NCBI RefSeq assembly: GCF_964188315.1
Contig: NC_135656.1
Span: 21,266,001-21,330,000, forward strand
Direction of reading: 5' to 3'
DNA: 64,000 nt
DNA from: Podarcis muralis
Lineage: Eukaryota
Position 1 is the first letter of the stretch. Every line of letters starts with the position of its first letter. Shown piece after piece: positions 24,259-37,852 of this stretch. The notes beneath the pieces are model-generated. The model saw only the letters and a program-made list of their open reading frames with translations, was not told where the DNA came from and did no database searches. Both the position numbers and the translations under genes were made by a program.

Positions 24259-24376
24259 CCGCCTTCCCCTTTCGGGAAATTCGAACCCGCCAATCAGGGG
24301 CCGGTGAAGGGGCGGCTCTTTCTCCCTCCGCCAAGCCCCGCCCCTGCTGTGACGACACGCTCCCAGCCCTATAAAA
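24259..24376 (+). promoter_or_regulatory. Tubulin copy A promoter (CCAAT at 24290, GC boxes, TATAAAA at 24370-24376)
   Basis: Motifs are visible and the block is conserved with the copy B promoter. Confidence 0.85.
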
Positions 24377-24520
24377 GGCCCCGCCCCAACCCTTCCCGCA
24401 GTTCGGACGAAGTTTTGGCTCACCGGCGGCTCCCTCAACGGGTCGACTAGTGAGGAAGACTCGGTTCCTCCTTCTCCCGCTTCGTTGTTGTTTTTTTTGC
24501 TTCCTTGCCGTCGAGGAAAC

Positions 24521-24523
24521 ATG
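24521..24523 (+). CDS. TUBA1C: Copy A exon 1 (ATG only)
   Basis: GAAAC ATG|GTAAGT, the canonical vertebrate alpha-tubulin first intron position. Confidence 0.9.
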
Positions 24524-24622
24524 GTAAGTAGCGAAGAGGAGGAGGAGGAGGCTTGGAGACAAAGGCTTCGCGGGGGTTCGTGCCTGGGGACCAGGAAAGC
24601 GAGGTTGGGGGGGGGTGCAGCG

Positions 24623-24733
24623 GTGCCAATTTGGCCCCACAAGCGTGGGTGCCCATGCGACGTGCATGATCCTGGCACCCAGGTTAGTGGGTGCTCTCCA
24701 CGGGGAACTTTGTGGGTGCTCGGGCATCCAGGG
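24623..24733. repeat. GC-rich GGCACCCA-containing element, copy 2 (copy A intron 1)
   Basis: Its reverse complement aligns with 1888-2004 and 58257-58366. Confidence 0.75.
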
Positions 24734-26355
24734 CCATGGGGCGTGAGGCCAGGAGTCGTGCGATGGAGCTGCGCCCTGTGGGTGTCGGTAGCCAGCTCGG
24801 GGCTCCCGGGACGCGGGTGTCGAGGAGCGGATGGGGGCCAAAAGGCGCTGGCTGCCTTCTCCTCCCTCGTTGTCCCAGGAGGAGCTCCATCCCGGGGTGG
24901 GGCGCCACCCCCCGGCTCCCGGGAAGAGCGTTTCCGCGTGTAGGAAATCGCGCCGCGCAGACACGTGTCCGCCTGTGCGCACATCCGGAGGAGCGTTGCC
25001 CGAGTCGTTTCCGCGCAATGGATTGGGGGAGCGAGTGGCCTGAAACTTGCGCGCACGCGGTGGGACGCCCAGCTTCCTTGGTGTAGGAAAAGCCCCTAAA
25101 GGGCCTTACTCGTCTCTTTAACCTTTAACGTGCCATTTAGAAGCATAAACGCGCCATTTAGAAGCATGTGCCTCATTTGCCCGGGTTCTGATATTTTTTT
25201 GGGGGGGGTGCGCTTGGGATTCAATTGCGTCTCTACGGGGCTTGTTAGGATCAGTGCCGGAAGCGGGTTCTGGGGTGCGTTGCTTAGTCCAGTCAGTACC
25301 AAACGAGACCATGAGAATATCTGAATAGTCTCTGTGCGCCTCGATTTATCCTTTCTGGGAAATGGGCCTATGGAACACAAGGTCATTTGCCAAAAATCCT
25401 CCGGAAGCGTGCTTCCGGAACCTTAAGCAGCAGGATGTGGCCGCTTAAGCCCGGCATGGCAGCCTCTTCCACACCCATGTGCGTAGCCAAGGGGGGTGGG
25501 GTAGGTGAGGTCAACTGCCCGCCCCCCAGATCAAGTAAAACAATAGAAATACTTAAGTGGCGAATCACGTAGGTTTTGTCCCCCTGACAAAAGGCCTGCC
25601 TCCCCCGCCCCACAAAATTCCTGGTTACTCCTATGTCCAGAACTTTTTTTTCTTGCTTCCGTAACTACGTGTTGAGTCACTTCTTCCAAGCAGAGTTGGA
25701 AAGCGAGAGGCCAAGGCGAGCGGCCCACCAGAGAGAACGCGCGGGAAGAGCCTTGTTGAATAACCAGCTTGTTGCGTCATTTCCCCGGGCGGTTGAATGC
25801 AGAACCTTGTGCGCTTCATTTGCCTGTTGGCAAAAGAAGGAAACGCTGCAAACCAATCCTGCCCCCCCCCCCCATGCAAGAAGAAATAAACACACACTCT
25901 TGTCCCCAAATGCCCATTGCAAATCGGCCAAGCTAAGCGGCTTAGGTTGCGCTTAAGAGGCATCCTTAGGCAAGGTATAATCCTTTTTGGGGTTGGGTCG
26001 CATCTTGAAAGCAAAAGTGGCCAAGTTTGAACTTGCCAGCTGCGAAGCTTGGCTCTGGCAAATAGATACTGCATAGAAGGGGCATTATGTGGCATTGCAT
26101 AATGTCCAGCTACCAGCAGGCAGGGCAAAATGGCTTAAAAGTTGCTGGAAAGCAAGGCGTGTTCAGCCAAAGTGAGTTAGGAGGGACAGATCTTCAAAGG
26201 GCATAACAGCTCCATTTTGTGGCTCGGTTGAAATACAAAAGATGCAGTTCCAGCATCAGTTGTTGTTTTTAAATTAAGAGCTTACTCAAAACCGAGCTGT
26301 TGAGTAGACTTTTAATTTTATCTTTCAAATCTGAGTAACTGGAGCATGGAAACAA

Positions 26356-26471
26356 AACTGGATTTGTTTCAAATCTGAATAACTGGAGGAAATTAAGGGT
26401 GTATCCTTGCAATATAACTGGATTTGTTTCAAATCTGAATAACTGGAAGAAATTAAGGGTGTATCCTTGCA
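26356..26471. repeat. Tandem duplication, 2 x 60 bp
   Basis: AACTGGATTTGTTTCAAATCTGAATAACTGGA(G/A)GAAATTAAGGGTGTATCCTTGCA repeated with period 60, plus a partial third copy upstream. Confidence 0.9.
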
Positions 26472-27841
26472 CCAAATATCATGAAAAAGATACCTCCACT
26501 TGTTGGCAGTGGAGTCTGATCCCCAGGGCAAATGGGGCATTGCCCCCCCAGCCCTAAGTCTCCCACCTTGCAGTTGATCCAAGGAGTGGCACTGCCTCTC
26601 ACCTGCCTAGTATCCGTGTTGCCTTTGTAGAACACTTATGGGGGAACAGTATGAGAAACAAAGCTAGAATCATCTTGCTCTGGTTTGCTTTTGTTTCCCT
26701 GTTGGTAAACCTGGAGCCCTGTGCAAAATCTTTCTCTGTGCCCCACAACTTGTCGGAGAGACACGTTAACCCCCTTTGGAACCCTGATCCTAGTGTTCTG
26801 GGTTCCAGAAACTGAGGCTACCTAATAATGCACAGGGCTTGAAACCAAATCTGCTCCTTGCTCTCCTCCCCCTTGTTTGCACTGTGGGAAGGATAATGGG
26901 GCTCAGTTGCCTAGCACTCAATTGCCTGCCTTGGTGGGGTGAGGCCTTGGGCCTCTTCTGCCTAGCTCTTGCTGCGTTTTCACTTCGCTGGCAGCAACTA
27001 GCTAAAACAAGCCAAATCCTGTTGGGAGTTCAAAAGAGCTGGCTCTGAAACATCGACTCATTAGCATCTGCATGAGCAGGCTAGGAACCGTGTCTCGCTT
27101 GAACTCCAGCACTCCTATAATCTCCAGGCCTTAGTCCTTTTGACCAATGGAACAACTTTGAGCACAGTGTCTGTAGTCATGGGTGTTTGCCGGGGGGTGT
27201 GTGCTCCCCCCCCCATTAAGACCCATAATCCCCTGATTCTCCTATCAAAAAGAAAATTATATTTGTCCTGGATAGTTCAAAAATTTCAGTGGTTTCAAAA
27301 AAAACACCACCACTCAAAAACTTTCAGGGTGTCCTGGTTTTTACGCTTCAAATATGGCAACTCTGTATTTGCTGCATTTGTGTAACCTAAAGCATGAGGC
27401 AAAATGTGATACTATACAGATTTTATAGTCCTGAGGGATACATTGTGCTGCTGCAACAGACACAATGACTCAACAGGCGCCGGGTTATTTGAGTCACACC
27501 CAAAGCCTGCAGTGCCGATTAGGAATGAGTAACAGTGTCTTGCATACAATTGGTGCTTCAGGGTTGAGTTACAGTGTTGTCGTGTAGGGAATCTGTTGGT
27601 CTATTGCACACCCTTGGCCAAGCTCATCTGGCTAGTCTGAGGTAGGACCTCTTTCCTACCCAGGGGACAAAGACTTCAGTGTAATCTTTGACCAGGACAG
27701 ATCTATCTCTCTTGCTCATTTATCTCACTGACTGCATTTTCAGGTAGGTTTATGAACGTTAAGAAGGGACAAGATTGTTGCAGTTCTATATGGCACTTCA
27801 GGCTTGTGGAAAATACAAATAAACTGCAATGACTACTGTCC

Positions 27842-27842
27842 C

Positions 27843-27886
<44 letters not shown>

Positions 27887-28515
27887 CCCACCCTTCTGGC
27901 TAGGTTTTCCCAGCCACTGTGGTCCGCTTCCAGCATACAGTCATACCTCTGGTTGAATACGCTTCGAGTTGAACGCGTTTGAGTTGCGCTCCACGGCAAC
28001 CTGGAAGTAACAGAGTGCGTTACTTCCGGGTTTTGCCACTTGTGCATGTGTAGACGCTCAAAATGACATCACACGCATGCGCAGAAGCGACAAAAAGCCA
28101 CGCGTGCGTGCGCAGATGTGCTGTCGCTAGTTACGTTTACCTCTAGATGCAAACGGCTCCGGAACGGATCCCGTTCGTATCTAGAGGTACCACTGTATAG
28201 GAAAACATAATGAAATGTCAAACATTAAAAGCTTCCCTAAACAGGGCTGCCTTCAGATGTCTTCTAAAAGTCAGAAAATTGTTTCCTTGGCACTTGATGG
28301 GAGGGCGTTCCACAGGGTGGGCACCACCACCAAGAAGGCCCTCTGCCTGGTTCCCTGTAACCTCACTTCTCGCAGTAAGGGAACCGCCAGAAGGCCTTCC
28401 GTGCTGGACCTCGGTGTCCGGGCTGAACAATGGGGGTGGAGACGCTCCTTCAGGTATACTGGGCCGAGGCCATTTAGGGCTTTAAAGGTCAGCACCAACA
28501 CTTTGAAATGGGAGC
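27842..28515 (-). mobile_element. L2 3' fragment with (TAT)n tail and a nested family B MITE (27938-28195)
   Basis: LVLTFKALNGLGPVYLKERL...; MITE has TA flanks. Confidence 0.75.
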
Positions 28516-29182
28516 CAGTGAAGATCCTTCAGGGCCAAAGTTTTTAGGGGTGAGAGACTCAGGGCCCCCAAAAAGCTCAACAACTGTGGGCAATGACAAT
28601 GGCAATCGCAATCTCTAGAGAGTTGGATATGCCTGTACTAGGTGCCATCTATATAACATTTTCATAGAATTTTCTCTTAATCCATAATATACTGTAAATT
28701 GTATATCCGTATTCCATAAGAGTTCCCTTCTCTTCAGATAGAATGATGAAGGAGAATTAGTTTTTGCCAACAGTTTCTGGGTAAAAGCTGTTGGCTTCCA
28801 AGGCTGTCACAAGCCACTTTCTCCTTATCAATCATCAAAAAATGGATTAAAGTCACAACAGACTGGCATGTGGACAACTTTAAATGACTCCCCAGTATTA
28901 TCAGCTTAGCTTTAAGAAAGTGAGTGAATTTTCCACATGTCTTATTTCTTAGGCAATGGATTTTGTTTGCATTCTGGTTTCTGGGTCTTTGGCATATACA
29001 GTGTTCTAAAAATCTGAGGTTAAAGCACAATTTCTATAAACACACTTTGAATTCTGCAAGTTTGAGGCCACAGAAAAGGGGCAGGATGTGGGAGTGCTTA
29101 TTCCGAGCTGTTCCACAGCAGCTCTGTCTTGGGGATGATGACATTGCATTGTGGGCAATTCATTAGCTGCTTACTTCCTAGT

Positions 29183-29540
29183 AAAGTTAAAGGATCCCTG
29201 GGCGGTTAAGTCCAGTCAAAACTGACTATAGGGTTGCGGAGCTCATCTTGCTTTCATGCCGAGGGAGCCGGCTTTTGTCCACAGACAGCTTTCTGGGTCA
29301 TGTGGCAGCATGACCAAACCACTTCTGGAGCAACAGGACACCAGAGCGCATGGAAATGCTGTTTACCTTCCCACTGCAGCGGTGCCTATTTATCTACTTG
29401 CACTTTGATGTGCTTTTGAACTGCTAGGTTGGCAGGAGCCTGGACCGAACAACGGGAGCTCACCCCGTCACCAGTATTCGAACCCCTGACCTTCTGATTA
29501 GCAAGCCCAAGAAACTCAGTGGTTTAGACCTCAGCGCGAC
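29183..29540 (-). mobile_element. Sauria SINE in copy A intron 1
   Basis: Consensus match. Confidence 0.8.
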
Positions 29541-29783
29541 CGCTGACTAGCACGGCTTTGCTCAGTCAGTGTGTGAATGCACAAACTGCTCTAGATATAT
29601 CACTTTATTTCTTTCTGTGCAATTGTGGAGGCAGGCCCTAAACTCACACTTAAGACGCAGGGGTAAGAATGGGGGATTTAAAATAACATAGAATTGGTTG
29701 GACAGGCGAGTTCCAGGTCTGTGGGGTGTGTGTCTGCATTGAGGAAGGATGTATGCATTCATTTTAACCGCTTCTCTTTGTAG

Positions 29784-30006
29784 CGTGAGTGCATCTCCAT
29801 CCATGTTGNNNNNNNNNNNNNNNNNNNNNNNNNNNNNNNNNNNNNNNNNNNNNNNNNNNNNNNNNNNNNNNNNNNNNNNNNNNNNNNNNNNNNNNNNNNN
29901 NNNNNNNNNNNNNNNNNNNNNNNNNNNNNNNNNNNNNNNNNNNNNNNNNNNNNNNNNNNNNACGTGCCCAGGGCGGTCTTTGTGGACTTGGAGCCAACTG
30001 TGATTG
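29784..30006 (+). CDS. TUBA1C: Copy A exon 2 (interior unsequenced)
   Basis: TTTGTAG|CGTGAGTGCATCTCCATCCATGTTG (RECISIHV) ... [16 protein letters not shown]|GTGAG; total span 223 nt. Confidence 0.9.
29809..29961. other. Assembly gap, 153 N
   Basis: Run of N inside exon 2. Confidence 1.
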
Positions 30007-30079
30007 GTGAGCAAACAAGGCACTTCTAATAGCTTTCTAGCTGTGTTTGTGTCTACAGGAGGGATGCCAGAGGTCTTGA

Positions 30080-30259
<180 letters not shown>

Positions 30260-33200
30260 TGATGTCTGCTGCCCGTGGGACTGGGGGAAGGAAGTATTCA
30301 GGGGCTGCTAAACACAACAGGAAAGACATTTCAAAAAAGCACCCATTATAAATGGAGAAAGGACATTTCTTTAATATGTTCCTCCTTGTTTCCTCTGCTC
30401 CGGCTGTGAGCATGGTTGTAGCAAGAAAAAGCACTGCCCCCATGTTAACAGGGAAAGGCCAGCTTTTCGGGAACAGACAAAACCCTTTAAAAAAAGAACA
30501 AAGAGGGACCCTCCAAAATTGATAAGTGAGGACTGAGTGTGCTTGGAGTCCATAGAATTCTATGTGCTAGGAGGAGAAAATGTAAAAGCAAAGGGGAGAG
30601 GGGAATGGAATGGCAAAGGGGGGGGATCCTGACACTCCTCCCACTGCAACATTTTGTTGCAGGTTTTGCTTTATGTCCAAGCTGTGTTAAACTTTTGAGC
30701 AGGTCCTCCCTGCCTGTACTGTTCGTGCAAGTCTGCCTCTTTCCTTCACCTCCTTAAAGGCAAGAATAAATTGTATACTCAGTTGTACACTGCTGCTAAT
30801 TAATACTTCACATGCACTGTATCCTGCTTTTCCCCAAAGAGCTTAGGATAGCAGAGGTAGTGGTGTGATCAGGCAATAACTTGTGCAGTCATTTTGATCT
30901 GTCTTCCATAGCCAAATGCTGGGGCAGGAGTACCATAGGCATAAATTTAGCAGGACCAGTTGGTCTAAGAAGGGGCATTTAATGGTTGAGTTGTCCTCCA
31001 TATAAGGTCTAGCCCTTGAATTAACAGGCCACAGTTGTCTGGAAGCTACAGGGACATAGTATTAAGCAAGGCTCAGTGTCTCTGTCCCCCTCTCCTTCAT
31101 CCCATTCAGAAGTCTCTGCTGCACTGCCTATGAGCCTTCAGCAGAGACTTACTTCTGTTGTGTGGTCTTCTGAAAAGCTGACTGGGGGAAGGAGGTCTTC
31201 ACAGGATCTTCTAAAGACAAAGGAAAGGATGCTTGAGATAGACTTAAAAAACCCCAACTCCAAATCTGAATGTGCAGTGGTTCTCCTCCCCTGCCTGCCC
31301 TCATACAGCCTCAGAAGGCAAATTCTTTGATCTTGGCAAGCGAGAGAGGAATGTCACTCTACAGCTGCCAAAATTGGGCTTGCAGGAAAAACCTGGAGTG
31401 GATTTTTGTGAGAGGAAGCCCGTGGTCTCTAGTCCTTGAATGCATTTGGGAATGCTTTTCCCCATCGCTACATGCACAATATTCCAAGCAAGGGTCTGCA
31501 TCTTATTGGACTTAGGGGTGTGTGGCCGCACAAATTGGAGTCTTTTCTTTTTTGTTGCCTAATCTCAAGTTTTTGGTTATTTTTGCCTGTACTGTGTTTT
31601 CTCTGCTTCTCCTGGAGCTTGGGGGCAGCTTTTCAATGAGCCTTTGTTCCATTTCACTTGCAGGTGGGATCTCCCCCACACCGACTCCACAAATAGCAAA
31701 GGAATAATATCCATAAGTAGTACTAAGTAACCCCTAGCTCAAGCAGAACACTTTCACAATGAGACTTCCCTCCTCTTTTCACCCCAGAAACTGTTCCAGG
31801 GGTTCCTCAAGCCACCTGGATCATATTTTGGGGTGCACATGGGAGGGCGAGTTCCATTGCGCAAGCCAAAGTTTTTCCGCTCCCATAATTATTTATTTGG
31901 ATGCCACCCAAAGAAACAATTGCTTGGTTAGAAAAGCAGAAATAGAGCTTTGTGTAAAGTGGAAGAGCTCTCTGTATAGCTCTAGTCATGGGAAAATAAA
32001 ATTCCTAGGCTGTGAATGTGCTCACAGGAGCCTTGTTATTTAAATTCTAATCTTTCAGCCTATGGAAATGAAACAAGCACAGAGAGTTGTGGGGGGTGGG
32101 GAATTGTACAGTTTAAGGAAGCCAGGAGTGGCATTGTTGAGTTTCTGAAGATAAAAGCTCTTGGGCTTATCTGTATGGGAGACTGTTAGCTCTGCTCTTT
32201 ATCTTTAGCAAGAGTTGAAGAGGTGGGATTGTACAGGCTGTAGTTTCTCATAAATATTTGGAGGGGAAACTGCTCTGCGTATGCCGATAGGCAGCCTGCT
32301 GCTTTAAGGCTAAAGAACAGTAACTGAGTAAAAATGCATGCAGCCAAGCTGTTAATCTGCTTGTTGCATTGAGGTGCTTTTTATAGGCAATCATAAGCAT
32401 AGTTGCCTTTTCCCAGGAAGTTGGAGATTGCTGAGTCTCTGTGATCTCTAGCTCTAAAATGGGGCTTCGTGATTTAAGAAAGTTGGTGCCATTTGCTGCG
32501 TCTTATATAAACCACAGCTCGAAGAATTATTATCGGACGCATGCTTCATGGCTTACCTTGTGGCTTCAGTGGTCTTCTGTAAAATGAGCATTGTTCAAAG
32601 GGAGACTTTGATTAATACCATTCCTTACTTCATGGGTGAGGAAGCTTTGGACTTCTGGAAATGGTTAAGCAAAAATGTCCCTGTCATCCCAGACCATGAG
32701 CTATTTTAATTTGAGTCCAGCAGTGTATGGAAGCCACGGGTTCCCATCCATGCCTTATGCAGATTGTCCCAGTGGTGTGCAAAAGGTCATTTGTTTCAGC
32801 CCCTGTGTCCCAATTTTGGATGTTGCTCAGGTAGGTAACTCCCAAGTTGTACAAGAGAGGAAGGAGATAGATCATCAGTCTGTCCTTGATGTGTGGACAA
32901 TGGTACATTGCTCAGTCAACAACTCATGGGCAGTTATGTTGAAGGGGGTAAGTGCTGTGGGTGGGAAGGAGATAATCATGAAGAATAGTCTTCTTGTGTT
33001 GTGATCTTAAATTAGTGTTAGGATCAAAATTCTTAAATAAGCAAAGGCCCAGGGATTATCTTCTGCTGCAACAGAGTTAGCTAGCATTGTGACCTCTGGA
33101 CGTTGTTAGACTACAATCCCCATCATTGCTTACCACCTCATAAGATGGTGTGTGCCAAGACTGCTTGGGTTGATGGGAGATAGACCCCACAGCCTTTGGA

Positions 33201-33627
33201 GGACACTACGTTGGCTAATGGAGGAATATGCCATCTTCAAGGAAATTGGATTTTGCGCTTTCCAAACCCCCAGTAGCAGAGGAGGCGGTGTGATCATGCA
33301 ATGATTTGTGCAGTCAGATTGATCTGTCCTCCAAAACTAAGAGCTGGGGCAGGAGTAGCATAGGCATTAATTTACCAGGATCAGCTGGTCTAAGAAGGGG
33401 AGCTTAATGGTTGAGATGTTCTCAATATAAGCCCTTGAATTACAGGTCATAGTTGTCTGGAAGCTACAGGGACATAGCTCAGTGTCTCTGTCCCCCTCTC
33501 CTTTATCCCATTCAGAAGTCTCTGATGCACTGCCTAGGAGCCTTCTGCAGAGACTTGTCTTCTGCTGTATGATCTTGTGAAAAGCTGACTCTTACTGTCT
33601 CCAAACCCCCAGTAGTCTCCATATTAA

Positions 33628-34677
<1,050 letters not shown>

Positions 34678-34758
34678 TTTCTGTGTGTATCCGTTTGTTT
34701 TCTACTTCTCGCTCCTGTCTCCTGCTGCATGCCTTCTGCTCCCCATTGTGTTAGACTC

Positions 34759-34764
34759 ATTAAA
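34759..34764 (+). terminator. Probable polyA signal ATTAAA, copy A
   Basis: About 80 nt after the stop, followed by a T-rich tract, and conserved in copy B. Confidence 0.6.
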
Positions 34765-35331
34765 AAGAAACATTTGGTTGAAAGCAGTCTTGTTTCTTTC
34801 TTTATAGAACAAACCGTGCCCTGTCCTTCTGGGTTGTAGGCCTGGGTCCAAGATTCAGCACTGGAAGCCATGTGTCTGCAACCCTGTTGCTGAGGAACAC
34901 GAGCGAGAAAGGGCTATTATGCCCCTGTCCCTGTTTGTGGGCTTCCCATCAGTGTCTGGCTGGCTACAATGGGAACAGGCTGGCACATTTGGAACTCTAA
35001 AGTCCCATGGGTGTTGGTCAACAACTGGGTGTGCTGGCGGTGGAGAGGGCATAACACAAGATGGCTGCCTTGGCAGTGTGGCTTGACAATATAGCTGCCA
35101 CATCTAAAAGAGCAGAAAAACGGGTGCATGCCTTTATATGCCTCTGTCACCCAGAGAACAAGGATGGCATCCTTTATCAGTCCCTGCTGGACTCCGTCCC
35201 AGAGACAAGTTACTTGCACTTCTGCTCTTGTTATTTGTTGATTTTATATACCGCCCTATACCTGGAGGTCTCAGGGCAGTTCACATAAAAAGTTCACAGT
35301 ATATAAAATAAAAAAAGCAATAGCCCAGTAA

Positions 35332-35681
35332 TAAAGGTAAAGGGACCCCTGACCGTTAGGTCCAGTTGCGGACGACTGGGGTTGCAGCGCTCCTCTCGCT
35401 TTACTGGCAGAGGGAGCCGACATACAGCTTCCGGGTCATGTGGCCAGCATGACTAAGCCGCTCCTGGCGAACCAGAGCAGCGCACGGAAACGCCGTTAAC
35501 CTTCCCGCCGGAGCGGTACCTATTCATCTACTTGCACTTTGACGTGCTTTCGAACTGCTAGGTTGGCAGGAGCTGGGACCCGGCAATGGGCACTCACCCC
35601 GTCATGGGGATTTGAACCGCCAACCTTCTGATCGTCAAGTGCTAGGCTCTGTGGTTTAACCCACAGCACCAACCGCGTCCT
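35332..35681 (-). mobile_element. Sauria SINE
   Basis: Consensus match. Confidence 0.85.
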
Positions 35682-36119
35682 TCAGCCCAATAATACCCGC
35701 CCCCCAAAGAGCCACATTTTAAAAGGGCATAGGATGTCACTAAGCTCAACCAAAGACTTGGTTAAAAATGAACGCTTTTGCCTAGCGCCTAAAAGTGTCT
35801 AATGAAGGTGCCAGGCGAACTTCCCTGGGGAGAGCATTCCAGACAGGGAGCCACTGCAGAGAAGGCCTGTTCTTGTGTTGCCACCCTCTGGACCTCTTGC
35901 AGAGACAGCACAGAACATGGATGTCCTATCTTCGGCATCCAATGAAATGTTGGCATGTAGAAGAGGCCAAGCCAGTTGAAGTAGGAAGAGCTGTCTCCTT
36001 GAACAGACTGGGTTTTTAGGTGATGTTTGCAGAGACCATTTGCATGTGTTAAAATACTGGTAGGCACATCTGCCCCCAAATATGCCACATTGGTGATCCC
36101 TAAAACATTCCCAGGTGTC

Positions 36120-36540
36120 AAAAAGGGTTATTTATGTATGCCACTACTGCGGCCCGTGTTTTGTTAGCCCAAAAATGGAAAATGAGCAAAGTTCCAACTA
36201 AAGAAGAATGGAGACTTAAGCTGATAGGTCTGCAAGCTGCACATATTCCAACATACAGAATAAGAGAACCAGAAGAACATATGTTTAAAGAAAATTGGAA
36301 AATGTTTATCGAATATATGGGGGGAAATTGTGTACATATGCTGGCAGCAATAAGATAAGATAAATACGCTGGCAGCAATAAGATAAATTCAACAGTGTAA
36401 ATAAGTTTTGATGGATGCAGTAATGGAATACTGAATGGTTTAGTTTATATAAAATATGCAGGAATTTATGTTACGCAAAATGAACCACGGAAAGAGAAGA
36501 AGGGAAGTCACTGTTACTTTAAGGTTGTTTAAATGAATAC
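36120..36540 (+). mobile_element. L1 3' fragment
   Basis: MYATTAARVLLAQKWK...PTKEEW is similar to the ORF2 C-terminus of the L1 at 11894-13925. Confidence 0.7.
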
Positions 36541-36542
36541 AT

Positions 36543-36750
36543 TCTGGTTACGAACTTAATTCATTCTGGAGGTCTGTTCTTAACCTGAAACTGTTCTTAA
36601 CCTGAGGTACCACTTTAGCTAATGGGGCCTCCCACTGCCGCCGCAGCGCGATTTCTGTTCTCATCCTGAGGTAAAGTTCTTAACCCGAGGTACTACTTCT
36701 GGGTTAGCGGAGTTTGTAACCCAAAGTGTTTGTAACCCGAGGTGCCACTG
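36543..36750. mobile_element. Family A MITE, left-truncated
   Basis: Right TIR GAGGTGCCACTG-TA present. Confidence 0.7.
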
Positions 36751-37319
36751 TATTCTAAAATGTAAAACAGAAAATTTAATAACAATTATGGGGGTGGGGA
36801 AGGAAAAGGCCTTCCTCGCCACTGAGGTCATCTAGGAGCACCCTCAGCTTGTGAACCTGTTCCTTCAGAGGGAGTAGCATGTCGCTCAAAGCAGGCCGTG
36901 GACCAAATGATCCAAACTGGCTAACTGCCCACCCGCAGCGCTTCCACCTTGGCAGGATTCAGAGCCTGTTGCTGGCCATCACGCAGCCCACCTCTGAGTC
37001 TAGGCACTGGTCCAGACCTCGCATGACCTCTCTTGATTCGGATGTGGCAAAGAAATTTATTCCTACTCATTATTTACTTGCCCCTGTGATTGAGTCTGTT
37101 GGATCGTTAAACCTTCTATTTGGGGCCAAACGTTTTCAAATTGATTTACTAAAAAAAAATAAAAATCAGTCAATTAAGTTTACAGGAATTCATTCATTTC
37201 CTGCCCAACCCCTACACCCCCCCCCAAAAAAAAATATCTCCCACCCTTCCTTCCTTAACTTCCCCCCTTCTCCAGTTACACAATGCTTTTGCACTGGTGG
37301 TTATGCCCTCCCCTTGTTT

Positions 37320-37852
37320 CAGCGGCGTAGCGTGGGTTGTCAGCACCCGGGGCAAGGCAAGTAATTTGCGCCCCCTAACCCGGGGCAAGGCAAGTAATTT
37401 GCGCCCCCTAATCCCTAACCTGCCGCCGCTGCCAGCTTCTTCTTGCTGCTGCCTGGGCTGGGGTATTTACGGTAAGGTAGCCGCGGCGGCAGGTCCATGT
37501 CAGGTGATCTGAGGCGAGTTGCCACTGGCGCTGCCCCCCGAACGACGCTGCTTGCCCGGAGAAGGAGGAGGAGGGCAGAGAGGCGAGGAAAATGCAACAT
37601 GGCCCAGCAGCTGCAGCGGCGGCGGTGGGGCTGTGAGGAGGGGCTGCCTGGCACACCCTCCGCGGCCCTGATGCGCGGGGACCACGGCGAGCGCTGAGAG
37701 CCGCTGCCAGCTCGTCGGTTCCACGAGACACGGGGCTCTGCTACAGCCTGCGTCCGAGGCTCTTCGGCGACTCTGGAGGCGGCGAGCGCGCCCCCCCAGA
37801 TGTTGCGCCCGGTGCGGCCGGGCCCCCCTGCACCCCCCACGCTACGCCACTG
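37320..37852. mobile_element. CpG-rich non-autonomous hAT-type element (533 bp)
   Basis: 15-bp TIR CAG(C/T)GGCGTAGCGTG and exact 8-bp TSD CCTTGTTT at 37312-37319 and 37853-37860. Confidence 0.85.

Noticed and set aside
24097-25086. Multiple 130-319 aa ORFs over the copy A promoter (and similar ones at 57798-58760)
   Set aside because: CpG-island artefacts. The peptide similarity between them only reflects the shared DNA element reported as a finding.
27467-27496. Paired AP-1 sites (others near 25674 and 57719)
   Set aside because: About eight such 7-mers are expected by chance in 64 kb, and these positions are not conserved between paralogues.
37372-37420. Interstitial telomeric repeat
   Set aside because: Only three isolated CCCTAA units within a transposon, not an array.
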